From Setoptus koraiensis (Eukaryota > Animalia > Arthropoda): a DNA stretch of 64,000 bases. Made by a program: the position numbers and the translations under genes. Below the pieces are notes generated by a model. The model was not told where the DNA came from, did no database searches, and worked only from the letters and a program-made list of their open reading frames with translations. Position 1 is the stretch's first letter. Every line of letters begins with the position of its first letter. The DNA lies in assembly GCA_048013815.1 (NCBI GenBank), contig CM106585.1:7192001-7256000 (forward strand). The letters are read 5' to 3'. Of the stretch, positions 43,301 to 55,192 are shown one piece after another.

Positions 43301-46300
43301 GCTGCCGCTGCTACAATCCGGCCCGTCGGCAACAGGTCGATCGATCATCGGTGCAAAGTCGTTCACGGCGCGTTATGAGCGGCGCCAATCGCGTGCACCA
43401 CTGGCCCTGCGACCATTCACAGACAATTGGCACAGGTGAGCCACTATTGACGATAGTATATACAGCTGATACAGCAGTCAACATTCAATATTTGCCGCCC
43501 GAGGTGCCCGTGTTGCAGCAATGGTGCAATGGTGCATGTACCTTTGATGCAAGTGGTGCAACGGGTGAGTTAGACAGAGATGAATTATCGCCCAATTAGT
43601 GGGCTCCGCACGCGCGCGCGCGTTCCTTTAACGGCCGGCAACTAAATTACAACAACATTTAGCGGCGGTAGCCGGAACTGTGTGTGACCACTTGTTGTTA
43701 TTACCGTTGTTTGTCGACGCCAACAGCACCAACAGTTACAGCGGCAACGGCATATACGGTGCACCACGCTGCTGCACCGCATAATAATGCACGCCTGCAC
43801 CTGATAACAAGGAGGCAAAAATATAGTATAAACGAGCCGCGCTGCACCGTTTGTTTGCAGTGGTCGGCAGTGCTGTTGCATCAACGGACCAATGATGCAA
43901 CAACAACATTGCACCATAACATTTGGTGGCTGGCTATTTATACGTTTATATAGTTACACACTTGGAAAAAGTTGTATATTTTTTATATATTTATGGCCGC
44001 CACAATGAGCGTTCGGCGGGCCGCTATGAGCAGCCCGCCGAACGCTTGGCGGCAATAAAAACTCGCTTGCGATGATTGCTGCAGCCTGCAGCCAAGTTGT
44101 CGATTTGGCGGCGCGCACCACCGGGCAATGGGTGCTGCCGGCCCGAGTGTCGCGCGACGCCGGGCCGTTTGTTTGATTTGGCGCTTGCACTTGCATAATG
44201 CAACTATAATGCCCCTAATGTTGTGATGCCGCAATGCCGCGCTGCTGCCATGCCATGATGCGGCTCTATTTGTGCCTGCGAAGGCGAAGAACATAAAATG
44301 ATGATCATATAAATAGAATGGCCGGTCGGCTTCGGACGAGCACACGAGGAAACGTATAAAACGAACGAGGAATAAAATGGAAAGGAAATAAATAAAGCGC
44401 AACGAATAAAATGGAATGAGACGGAATGGAACGAAACGAGATGAAATGAAATGATTCGAAATTCGAAGTTGCAAGTTGGAAATAAAATGACGCTCGCTCA
44501 AACCGGCAACAGCAAGCGGTCAATGGTAATAGTGATATCACATCTAATCTAATCATTGGAGCGCGCAAGCGGCCAGCGCCCGGCTACCTGTTGCGCAAGA
44601 CAAAGATAATCGATATTGATGCCCGCAGGCACCTACTACCTGGCCAGGCCTGGGCACGGCTTACAACGAGCTCGCAACAAGTGCACAACAAGCGCTCAAC
44701 AACCACGCAACATTGCTCACCTGTACCACTCGGCTGTCGCTGTTCATCTGTTGGCCGTGAATTTGTTGGTGCAGCGTAACTTACACTGTGCGTCGCCGTT
44801 ATCATTTGAGCGGCGGGTGCCGGCGCGGCCACTCGCCGAATGAACAGCTAATTATTTCAGTCAGCGCCAGCGCGTCATTAGCAGCAACTGCTGACAACAA
44901 CCACATTATCTTTTCCTCTGTGCACATTATCTGGTCCTGATAAATGGGTTTCAACTTGGCCCTGCAACTAGCCGGCCGGCTGATGCAGGGGCCGGCGCGG
45001 GTCCCCAGGGTTGTTCGTTTCATAGTTTGTTGCTGTTGCTCCGTTTGTGTTGCACTCACCGCTCACCTGCCCAGCCCAGATAAAATCTATACCGGGGGCG
45101 GATACACCGGAAGGTATTTTATGCGGCTCTGACCCGACCGACGCACCTTGTGAGTTAGCCAATTATTTGGGTGCACAATTTGCTGCAAATTGGCTGTGTG
45201 GCCCGATCAGCGCCAACTGACTCGTCTCCCACAGTCTCTCTCCGGCGGGCCAACTAACTTAAACTAATTGTGAATATAATAATTAATAATATAACATGCA
45301 ATGAATGGTAATTGTATATGTGCTGATTTAACCATCCGTCCCAATCACACAGGCTACAAGCAGTCAAACTATTCATCGGTAATATCCAATTAACGTTCAT
45401 TGGGCGCGTTAACAAATATTGGATGCGATACTGGCGATTATAGACATTCACGAGTGGCATTCATAATATTGCATCAGAAATGTTATGAAAGCCACTCATG
45501 AATTTGTTGTGCATAGGAGAGAGGCTCTACGCTGGGCCCCAAACACTGTCTGTTTGGCCTCAGAGACTGGCTGGCAAAGAGCGGCGACTAATTGCAGCCC
45601 GACAAGCAAATAATAATAATACGAGCCACTGGCTGGCATTGTTACTGGCTATTACTGCCCACTGCCATCGACCACGCCAATAATAATGGCGATATTAATG
45701 GTTGCTAATGGGCCCATAATGCGCACCATTCGGCCACGTAACACACGCAAGCCGGAGTTTGGAGTGCGCGACAATCAAGCAATTGGTGTTTTCAATTAAA
45801 TGGACTTGTCCAGTGAAGCCGAAAGTGAACTGACTTCGTTCAGTTGGAATGAGGCCAATTCGCACGGAGATGGCCGCTCGTGAGTCAATTCGAGCTGCAA
45901 AATTGAATTCGAATTGACTCACGCCGGAGAACTTTTGAGCGCCAATGGCAAACGATGGCCCAACTAGAAACAGAGAAATTATAATAATGACGGGCGCAGC
46001 GTCTAGCATTTGCAGAGAGCCCTATTCGTCATCAGTTGGTGTTGTGTCCGATTGTGTTTTGGCCAACACACATTGATATATTGTGTCGTGTCACGCTCCC
46101 CGACTAATGGCTGTTCTCAATGAGCGGCTACTACCATTCGAAAACACACAACCGACCGCAACCACAACCACCACGAGAAGAAAAACGCCTCGTGAGGGTT
46201 AATTCTCAACTCGACTGTCGACTTGTCAGCTAAGCGGCAGTAATTGATTGTGGCGCGTTGCAGGGCGCGCAGAGCCAGTAGTGGCATCATTATCGCCGGA

Positions 46301-46760
46301 TTTGCAGTCAATTGAATGTGACAACAGCGCTACAGTTGACAGTTGTGTCCGTTTGTCTCTGGTCAGTTATGTAAGTCGAGTTATGTGTGCTCGCATTTAT
46401 ACAGTTGAACTGTGCGACCCGTTGGTCGCCACTCACACCACTACACCATGGGCTGTTCGGTTGTTGTTTGTCGGCTTCGGTCAACCGCAACAACTTGTAA
46501 GCCAGCGACATACTCCCACGCGCCAAGGGGCCCGCCGCATCGTGTAGCAGATCGTGTTGCGAGTTGCAACAAACGAACGCGTGCCCAATTGAACAAACCA
46601 AATGAACTATTACAATATGATATATGCGATGTATTCATGACGTAACACCCCGTTGTTGGTGGCAGGCCTGCAACCCAATACTATTGGGTCGCGCACTGGC
46701 CCGATCGTGTGACCAAATCGGCCATCGCAAACAATTGGCCTCACACGATTCGGGAGCAAA

Positions 46761-46917
46761 TTCGGGGAGCAACGGGGAGCAGCAGGGAGCTATGGGAGGA
46801 AACTTGTGCATGATTTCTGAACAGTGAATTATGTGCCAATATTTTATGTGCGCTCTTTTCAAAAATCACACAAGTTTGTTTTCCATAGCTCCCTGCTGCT
46901 ACCCGCTGCTCCCCGTT
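46761..46917. mobile_element. MITE-like fold-back element
   Basis: Arms of about 48 bp (ttcggggagcaacggggagcagcagggagctatgggaggaaacttgtg versus the reverse complement of 46869-46917) around a spacer of about 60 nt. No TSD found. Confidence 0.5.
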
Positions 46918-48278
46918 TGAACTGTTTTCACTGACACGGAAAAGGTGCTTTAATTTAATTTGCAGGCCTCACACTACCAGCCATAACTGGCAAGCCATTT
47001 GATAGGCCATTGGTTGCAACGGCAAGTGAGGCCTTGAGCGATTTGTTTGCAGTGATTTCAGTTTGGATAAAGGGACGAGTGAGACAGTCTCAACGGTTCA
47101 ATTATGCCTACGATGGCCTTGTGCAACAACATAATAGTATCATCAACAGGATGCCTGAGCACGGTTGCAAATTATCCGTGAGAAGCGTCTTGGAGGAGTC
47201 CTCACGGATAATTCGTTAATAGTGCTGTTTGGGCGTTCCACCTGAATATCGTCACGGTATATTTCTGTATGCAGTAGTAAGTATATGTATCTGTACCGGT
47301 ATATATTGGGATATTCTCGGTATATTTTATCGCAAGGAATTATCGCATTTTTATGCAAGCTCACAAGTTGTGCGCCAACAGCGATAGTTATTGATCACAT
47401 TATTAGATGACGGCAATGTATCACGGCACTCGTACAATGTCGACAACAAACTACGCCAACAACGACGCCCTTGCTTACAATGTAAATGGTACTATCAAAT
47501 ATTGCTCCAATTCAAGATATTTTTATTTGTTATTTACCTATAACTTAATATATATGCAAATGAACACACTCATCACAATGGTGCCCTTAAATGGATTGTA
47601 TCGTCCAGCATATGAGCCATCATTATCATATGCTGAGCAATGGTACCAGCTAAAGCGTATTGAAAACACACTGGGCTATTGTAAAGATTGCATAGATGAC
47701 ACTTGCCCAACTAGGGGTACTGGTGTCTACATAACATTCAGGTACATTCAGGTTACTGATTATGCCCGCTCTGATAACTGATCACTCATAACTGATACGT
47801 ACGTTGCCCAACTGAACCAGGCCAATATCAGGCCACACTTCCGCCAATGTGACTTGTTGCCAGACTGGGCACAAATAGCCGAACTAACGAATACTTAATT
47901 GGTACAACGTCACAACAGATTGGCTCCATCGATCAATTGAAACAAATCACTTGATACTGGCTTGCGTGCAAACGAACAGTATATGACCACTGTCAACTAA
48001 CTTGAGCTCTTGCCACTAGGTGTCGAATCTAAATCACGCTCGGACAAACAAATCTTTCTCGAAAATAGCTACTGCATTTTCATTGAAGCACACAAACATT
48101 TCAGTTATATTGTCTAGTTATTGATCATTTTATCTATTTGTTGATTATATCATCTAGTTGTTGATTATATCATCAGACTGTCACAATAAACAGCTTATAA
48201 ACTGCCGAGACGCCCGCTGCAACGGCACGCCTGATGTAAAGGTAAACACAAACAAACAAACAAAATTGAACAAGAAAG

Positions 48279-48572
48279 AGAAGAGAAGTTCTTCTCAAAT
48301 TCTCTAATTCAAATGCTGAAGAAGTATATCCGAATGCCCTCTCTGCCACATAACGAGCGTGTTACTCATAAAAAAAGACATAAAACCACGATTTGTAGCG
48401 AAATTATTTGAATGTTCAATATGAATATATTTTTGAATTGTTCACATTTCGATACAAATCGTGGTTTTATGTCTTTTTTTTCTGAGTAACACGCTCGTAA
48501 TGTGGCAGATGGGGCATTCGGATATATTTCTTCAGCATTTGAATTAGAGAATTTGAGAAGAATTTCTCTTCT
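48279..48572. mobile_element. Fold-back/MITE-like inverted repeat, arms about 126 bp
   Basis: 48279-48404 is the near-exact reverse complement of 48446-48572 (few mismatches), with a 41-nt spacer. Confidence 0.8.
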
Positions 48573-48581
48573 ATAACAGTC

Positions 48582-48764
48582 TATTCGACAGTTTTATTAC
48601 TTAACATTTATTAATCGATCCGAGATAATTGCTCTCACAAATTTCACGGTGTTTCTCACTATCAATATTTGAACATCAATGGATTGTGAGAAACACTGTG
48701 AAATTTGTGAGAGCAATTATCTCGGATCGATTAATAAATGTTAAGTAATATAACTGTCGGAATA
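48582..48764. mobile_element. Second fold-back/MITE-like inverted repeat, arms about 78 bp
   Basis: 48582-48659 pairs with 48686-48764 (about 3 differences), 26-nt loop. Unrelated in sequence to the first hairpin. Confidence 0.8.
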
Positions 48765-48873
48765 TAAATGTTAAGTTATGACAATAAAAAAAAATATCGA
48801 ACATGAAAAAACAACCATGTGCAAAAAATGTTGTCCTTCAATTTCTTAATACATTTTTCTTCCTATTTTTTCC

Positions 48874-50371
48874 GGGGGCCGAAACGTCGGATATCGAAAT
48901 GTCGAATATCGAAACGTCGAATATCAAAACGTCGAAAATTAGAATGTCGAACACTTAAAGTCGAATCTCGAATGGTCGAATCTTAGTATTTTTATATGGA
49001 TATTTCATAATCATTAGTAGTCGCACATTATTGCGATCTGCCGAAATTCTTGGCAAGTCCGAACTGGGCGCAGTTTCGCCATACAATTTGTGCAAAGTGA
49101 AAGAAGCAACCTTTGTTTTTAGCATCCAGGAACTCTTGCTGGCAAGCATTAATAGAAGCTCTTTCGAAGTCAGTCAATATAAACTTCGGCGACAAAACCA
49201 AATCATTGGCCTCACAGTACGACTTCAAATCTTGTAACAAGCGAATGTACAGTGATTGAGATTTGGTAGTCATCAATGCGTAAATCATCGGAAAACAACG
49301 TCTTGCACTACCAGCGCCAGCCAAACCATGTATGGTATATAGTTGATAAAATAATGTCGGTACCACATGGAAAGTAACGTCCATGATGAAAATGTCAGAT
49401 CGAGATAATAATTTGACACTGTTAGTGGAACCAAAGATGATGACTCTTTCTTCACCTACGATTGAATTAGAGATGAGAAAGACATCGCCGGATTGGGTTG
49501 TCTTCAACTCATCTGGTATGACGATATCAGCGAGCGTCTGTGGCTCACTGCGACCTGATTTTCGCACTCTAATTATTCTTTGACGTTGAGCATTAGTCGA
49601 AGGAAGAGTGGCTAATTCATCTCTAGTCAGGCTACTTCGAGCGGTTGTTATTATTGACCGAGGTGGATCTCTTGTCTCTCTTGCTTTGTTTTTCATCTCT
49701 TCATAACCATCGAGTCTCCCTTTCTTCGTTGGAGACGGAGGATGCAGATGCTCACCACTCATTTTTACAAATTCGTGGTTCATATTCTCCAGATCTGTTA
49801 TAAGTCGACACTTGCAGCTCAGTCTGGAATAATCTTGGCATTTCCAATAATGCCTTTCACCATTTTTCTTTTCAAGAAGGGAGCCATATCCATCAACAAT
49901 TGCCAAAGGCTTGTTTTTATTAGTCTTGGTCAACAATACTTCTGGAGTTTCCTCAAAACTTCCAGTCGAATCCGAATCCATATTCGCAAATTAATTAATA
50001 ACTAATTGTCACTAACAGCTCACTGTACTTCTACTTAATGAATGAACTAAACAGGTATTGTGAGTTAGAATCACAAGTTCAGCTAGTCATTTCAATCTCA
50101 GTTCATATCCGCGTGACCGACTAATTTGAAGCCGATCATCAATACATTTGATTAACTAGTGTGCACCTTAAAATCAAGTTTGAAAACCGAGCGCGAGACC
50201 TTTTTTGTGATCGGTATCAGAAGCAGACGATGATAACTGCTGCACTTGAAATTGTGTAAATTCGACCATTCGAGATTCGACTTTAAGTGTTCGACATTCT
50301 AATTTTCGACATTTCGATATTCGACGTTTATATGTTCGACATTTCGAAATTCGACGTTTCGATACCAGCCC
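48874..50371 (-). mobile_element. Mutator-superfamily (MULE) DNA transposon, 1498-bp deletion derivative
   Basis: TIRs of about 110 bp (48874-48981 and 50260-50371) built from tcgaa-rich sub-repeats; termini GGG...CCC; perfect 9-bp TSD ATTTTTTCC at 48865-48873 and 50372-50380; internal transposase. Confidence 0.95.
49028..49981 (-). pseudogene. C-terminally truncated MULE transposase with N-terminal FLYWCH zinc finger (317 aa)
   Basis: YWKC...CKC...GEHLHPP (FLYWCH), IMDVTF (DGTF-like first Asp), QLYTIHG, TDFE (second Asp), CFFH (CxxH). Stops 47 nt before the TIR, leaving no room for the region with the catalytic Glu. Confidence 0.9.
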
Positions 50372-50455
50372 ATTTTTTCCCTGTTTGTATCTCTCCAAGA
50401 AGGATGATTCGAAAAATAGAGAATCGCCGACTCTTGGTGATCAACCGACACGTCG

Positions 50456-50955
50456 NNNNNNNNNNNNNNNNNNNNNNNNNNNNNNNNNNNNNNNNNNNNN
50501 NNNNNNNNNNNNNNNNNNNNNNNNNNNNNNNNNNNNNNNNNNNNNNNNNNNNNNNNNNNNNNNNNNNNNNNNNNNNNNNNNNNNNNNNNNNNNNNNNNNN
50601 NNNNNNNNNNNNNNNNNNNNNNNNNNNNNNNNNNNNNNNNNNNNNNNNNNNNNNNNNNNNNNNNNNNNNNNNNNNNNNNNNNNNNNNNNNNNNNNNNNNN
50701 NNNNNNNNNNNNNNNNNNNNNNNNNNNNNNNNNNNNNNNNNNNNNNNNNNNNNNNNNNNNNNNNNNNNNNNNNNNNNNNNNNNNNNNNNNNNNNNNNNNN
50801 NNNNNNNNNNNNNNNNNNNNNNNNNNNNNNNNNNNNNNNNNNNNNNNNNNNNNNNNNNNNNNNNNNNNNNNNNNNNNNNNNNNNNNNNNNNNNNNNNNNN
50901 NNNNNNNNNNNNNNNNNNNNNNNNNNNNNNNNNNNNNNNNNNNNNNNNNNNNNNN
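50456..50955. other. Assembly gap (500 N)
   Basis: Exactly 500 N, suggesting a fixed-size scaffolding join. True adjacency and distance are unverified. Confidence 0.99.
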
Positions 50956-51150
50956 ACAAGTCCGCAAACCGAGAAGCTTCCGATCGTGATATGATGAGAC
51001 CAGATTTCAAATGTGTGCCCTTGTGCCGCCTAGGTCTTTATGCCGTCTAGATCTTTATGCCGCCGAGATCTCACTCAAAGTATCTTGGCACTCACTTCCG
51101 ACCTATTCGACCAATGAGCTTAGGACAGAATTAGCTCAGGTCGAACGACA

Positions 51151-52287
51151 TTAATGCTCGCTCTCTCTTGAGACATATAATTTTGCATTTTTTTTGGGGC
51201 AATTTATTAATAAAAAATAAATTATTAATAGTTGTATGATATGAAAATATCGATATTGTTCAGTCTGGCGCCATCTGCCATTATCTGTTTTCATTTCATA
51301 AGCTCGTGATATGTTAACACCGATAGTGGCTGCCCCTCGCGAACAACACTCAAATGTCTTGAATAATGTGTGGCATTTTTTGTAAAATTGTATAGCTTTT
51401 TCATATTCTCTATTGGAATAATATACACTGGCCATATAACTGTTTGCATAGGCACTCAGATAGGCAGCATCCTCGACTAAGGCTAAGTTTTCACTGAACG
51501 ATGTAGAAGCTCGAGAAAAGTCTTCGTTTTGCTGCGCTATCATGCCAAAATTGCACAAGGCCTGACTTTTACCTGTTCTATCACCAATTTCTGACGCCAA
51601 GTCCAGCTGCCTTTGGAAGCAATTCTCTGCCTCTAGGAATCTGTTTGTCAATCTGAACGTGTGACCCAAACCACCGGAAGCTCTCATTTCATAGATTTTA
51701 CCTTGTCTGCCTCCCAATCTTTGTGCCATCTTGATTACCTGCTCACGATAGGTTCTGGCCTCTTCGTATTTTTCGTTCTTTGTAGCCAAGAACGCCATGT
51801 TTGTATTGGCCATAACAAGGTTAGTTCGACATTCCTCATGGCGACTAATCAAGCTGGCGCTGGTCAATTCAGAATGATATTCTTCAGCTTTGTCATACTG
51901 TCCCATCAGGGTGTATATGTGGCACAAACAAGTCAATTCGCGACTCAGCGCACTGTTGTTATCGCCAGCAACATGTTGCTGTTGCTTAATTAATTGTAAG
52001 CATCTAGTAAGGCTGAGTAGGGCACTGTTGGGATCATTTAGCTAGACATGGATATGGCCAAGTGCATTTAAGGCTATAATCGCCTGCTGGGCATTGCCTG
52101 TGATTTTCATTGCCAACTCGAGCTGTTTCCTATGAGCCTTGAGACTCTCTTCATAATTCTTCAGAGTATAATAGGCAAAACCAAGATTGCCAAACACTCT
52201 ACATTGTCCATTGAAATCTCTAATGAGTATTTGTGTCTCCAAGTCCTCTTGCATATATTCGATAGATTTATCGTATTTTTTCAATGA
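51151..52287 (-). pseudogene. TTC28: TTC28-like tetratricopeptide-repeat fragment with one in-frame TAG
   Basis: Acceptor ttgtccctag| at 52288. SLKKYDKSIEYMQEDL...CRVFGNLG...HRKQLELAMK...ALNALGH and IYEMRASGGLGH...QRQLDLASEIGDR...CNFG track consecutive N-terminal TPRs of TTC28 as I recall them. ORFs 52042-52284 and 51151-51936 share one frame, separated only by TAG at 52042-52044. No CHAT domain or remaining TPRs present. Confidence 0.8.
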
Positions 52288-53088
52288 CTAGGGACAACAA
52301 AATCGGCGGTTAAGAATTGAGAAATTCGGTTCTCAAACTAACGAAACCTACGGTTTCTCGTTCTTTTTTTTCGGTTCTAATTCACATTGATATGATTCGT
52401 TCATCATTTTCGAAGAGAAATGAATATCTAGTTGTAAGTTGTAACAGTCAAAAAAAAAAAAAGAGAGCTATCGATCTTAGCGAACAAGGAGGCGCTGGGT
52501 GAAGCAATTTGAACAACAACACAATCAAAGATTGTGTGCTGGTCACTTCAACTGATCGTCTGTCACGGCAACAACAGCACACTTACGATACAATTTGAAA
52601 AAAAAAAACGGTTTTCAAGCATAAAACATATGAAAATCGGCGTTTTCGGTGTGAACAAATACGTCTCAAACGACGTATCTAGTTGTACTATGTTGCCCTA
52701 CATATTTTCAGGACTCTACTCGTTGTGGATCGGTTTTTAATCGATTTCGTTTTCCCTAGATATCAGTGTTCAAGTAATTGTTGCCGCTTTTTTTCTTACT
52801 ATTATGATCTCTGTCCGAGTAAGAGGACAATGAGGAACACTTTCGATTTTTGTCGGAGTGACATTGCTAAATGAGTGTCGATGTTGGTGTTGTTTCTTTG
52901 CCTTTTCGCATTGCAATCTAATAAGACGGCTGATATTTAAATAACCGATTCAGATCTCTGAGTTTCGTTGTAGTCTCACCGGGATTGGCTAAGCGGGATG
53001 TCCATAGAATGAGGTCAAACAACTGGCGACAATGTGATTACAACTGATGATCATTGATGATATAGATGATATGTCACTTTCTCTGTAT

Positions 53089-54186
53089 TTATCTTTGATA
53101 ATTTTGGCCCAGTTGTCGTCTGAGAAACCTTTCAATCCAGGCCATCAATTCAGTTACCTTCGGAAATGTGGTATTTCCGTTGTGTCCGTCTTCACGATGA
53201 CAACCTGAACGAGAAATGATACCATAGACTTCCCATCGACCATTTCGGACATATAAGCCCGGTCCCCCCGAATCACCGCTGCAGGCTGAACGAGGCTTGC
53301 TCGTAGGAGATGTTGCACAAAATTCAAATATTTGACTGATCCAAGCATCATGCCTCTCGCAATGTTCCGGAGACCGGATTGTCACAATGGCGGCCCTTGT
53401 TTTAGTTGTTCTGGTTGGCCTGCCGCCTCCGTCGCCCATAAGTCCCCAGCCAGCTATAGTGATATTAGTGCCAGGGTCTAGATGGCCAGGATTTTCACTG
53501 GCTGTTCTCGCGGGTGGCAAGCAAGCGGGTCTCACATTATTTGTCCATTGCAACGGCTCGTTCAGTTTGATCAATGCTGCATCCTGGGATGGGTGAAAAT
53601 CAATAGATAAATCTTGTAGCACTTGATCTCCATCATTTGTTGATATATCGTAGACACCAGCGAAAATTTTAGTGTATTTTGTGCCTTTCAAGCAATGGGC
53701 AGCCGTTAGTATAGCTTGATCATGTATGATTGTGCCGGCACAATACCGACTTTGTCCATTTACAAGTTTTGATTTTAAAAACACTAACCAGGGGAAAGCA
53801 CCCCGAGAGGCCTCCTCGCCTCCGATAATTCTTTTCGACGGCTTATTCGGTATCCATTTATCACCAACGGCATTGGGATTTATACCACACTTGACATGAT
53901 CATCTCTACGTTTCTTGGCCTCCGATTGCTGTGATCTCAAGTATCTACCCTCTCTCGATGGTTTCAATTTTTCTCTCTCTCGTTTGTTTGTCTGTTGCTG
54001 GGATACTGGTGACTTGATATTTTTTTCTGATTCAAAAAATCTCAAATCGCCACATTCCGCTTCGTCCGTTGGCTGTAACTGTTTGAAAGCACTTGTTGCT
54101 AAATGTTCATCAGGACCCAGAACAAAAATAGCCAATGCAACACATGATGCTACATACAGAAGTGCTCGCACTAGCAAGGGAGCCAT
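53089..54186 (-). CDS. Secreted S1A (chymotrypsin-fold) serine protease zymogen, intronless, 365 aa
   Basis: ATG at 54186 gives a hydrophobic leader MAPLLVRALLYVASCVALAIFVLG. Activation site SKR|IIGG; triad motifs TAAHC, QDAALIKL, GDSGGP; pro-region CG and PACLP cysteine. No stops. Confidence 0.95.
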   Translation of the reverse strand: MAPLLVRALLYVASCVALAIFVLGPDEHLATSAFKQLQPTDEAECGDLRFFESEKNIKSPVSQQQTNKREREKLKPSREGRYLRSQQSEAKKRRDDHVKCGINPNAVGDKWIPNKPSKRIIGGEEASRGAFPWLVFLKSKLVNGQSRYCAGTIIHDQAILTAAHCLKGTKYTKIFAGVYDISTNDGDQVLQDLSIDFHPSQDAALIKLNEPLQWTNNVRPACLPPARTASENPGHLDPGTNITIAGWGLMGDGGGRPTRTTKTRAAIVTIRSPEHCERHDAWISQIFEFCATSPTSKPRSACSGDSGGPGLYVRNGRWEVYGIISRSGCHREDGHNGNTTFPKVTELMAWIERFLRRQLGQNYQR

Positions 54187-55192
54187 CTCGTACGAACTAT
54201 TCCAATCTCTTGAGATGTCTGTCTGCTTGTCTATCTTCCAAGAGTCTCTCCGTCGACAAATCAATCTAATCTCCAGAGTTTGTATGTGAAATCAAAGTTT
54301 CGTGATTATTTGGGATAGTTGATGTTTTTGAAAACAGCTCAACCTGTGTCCTGCGCCACAAGTCGATCAAAATTAATGTGTAACTTGATCAGCCTCAAGT
54401 CAAAAGAGAATAACCAGTCTGACGATCACATTGCTTCATATGATGGATAGAATACAATAATAATAACACGTAGATCTCACCGTCCGGCGAGCAATTCTAT
54501 TTCTGACTCAGAGATAAGTACTCATCTCATTAATCGCGTATGAGTCGCTAGCTGATGGGTCGATCATGTGTCGAAACTAGAGATGCCCATGGATATGCAT
54601 GTTGAATTTCGAACCCTCGAATAAACTAGATATGCAAGTCCAACCTTAGATTTCAAGTTCTAGAGTGTCGAACAAATCCATCGATAGGTTCAAGAGAGAA
54701 GATAGAAGCTTCCGGATCCGACTGTCACTTCCTTCAAAACCATGATATCCAGATGGACAGAGCGGGCGCCCAATGGATCATTACTAGAGAGAACATAGTC
54801 GGTAAAGCAAACAATCAATCACAATTAAAATCACTACTGGCTCTAAGATGGCCAGAGGAGGTGAAAACTCCACTTGAGGTAAAATTTTAGTCTGCTGTGA
54901 ATGCATGGTGACAGAAACTCAAAAACGTGTTCTTGCTTCTAATTTCGCCTTTCGCTATACCGAATGAGATGCAGCAAGCTGATTAGCTCAGCAGGATCAG
55001 TGAAAACAATCTAGAGCACAAGATGAGACCTTTTGGTGGCGAGAGCCCGAAAATTTTCAGGTCACTGTTTTTAATCATACCTGTATGATGTTGATGAAAG
55101 CTTCCCTTTATTCTGGTAGAATTTGTTTTCAAGATCCGAATCAATCTCGGTGATTTGCTCATTTACAAAAAAAAAAAATCTTAGGTTCGACT

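Noticed and set aside
50287-51050. Long ORFs spanning the X-run in the track
   Set aside because: Artefacts of translating through the 500-N gap.
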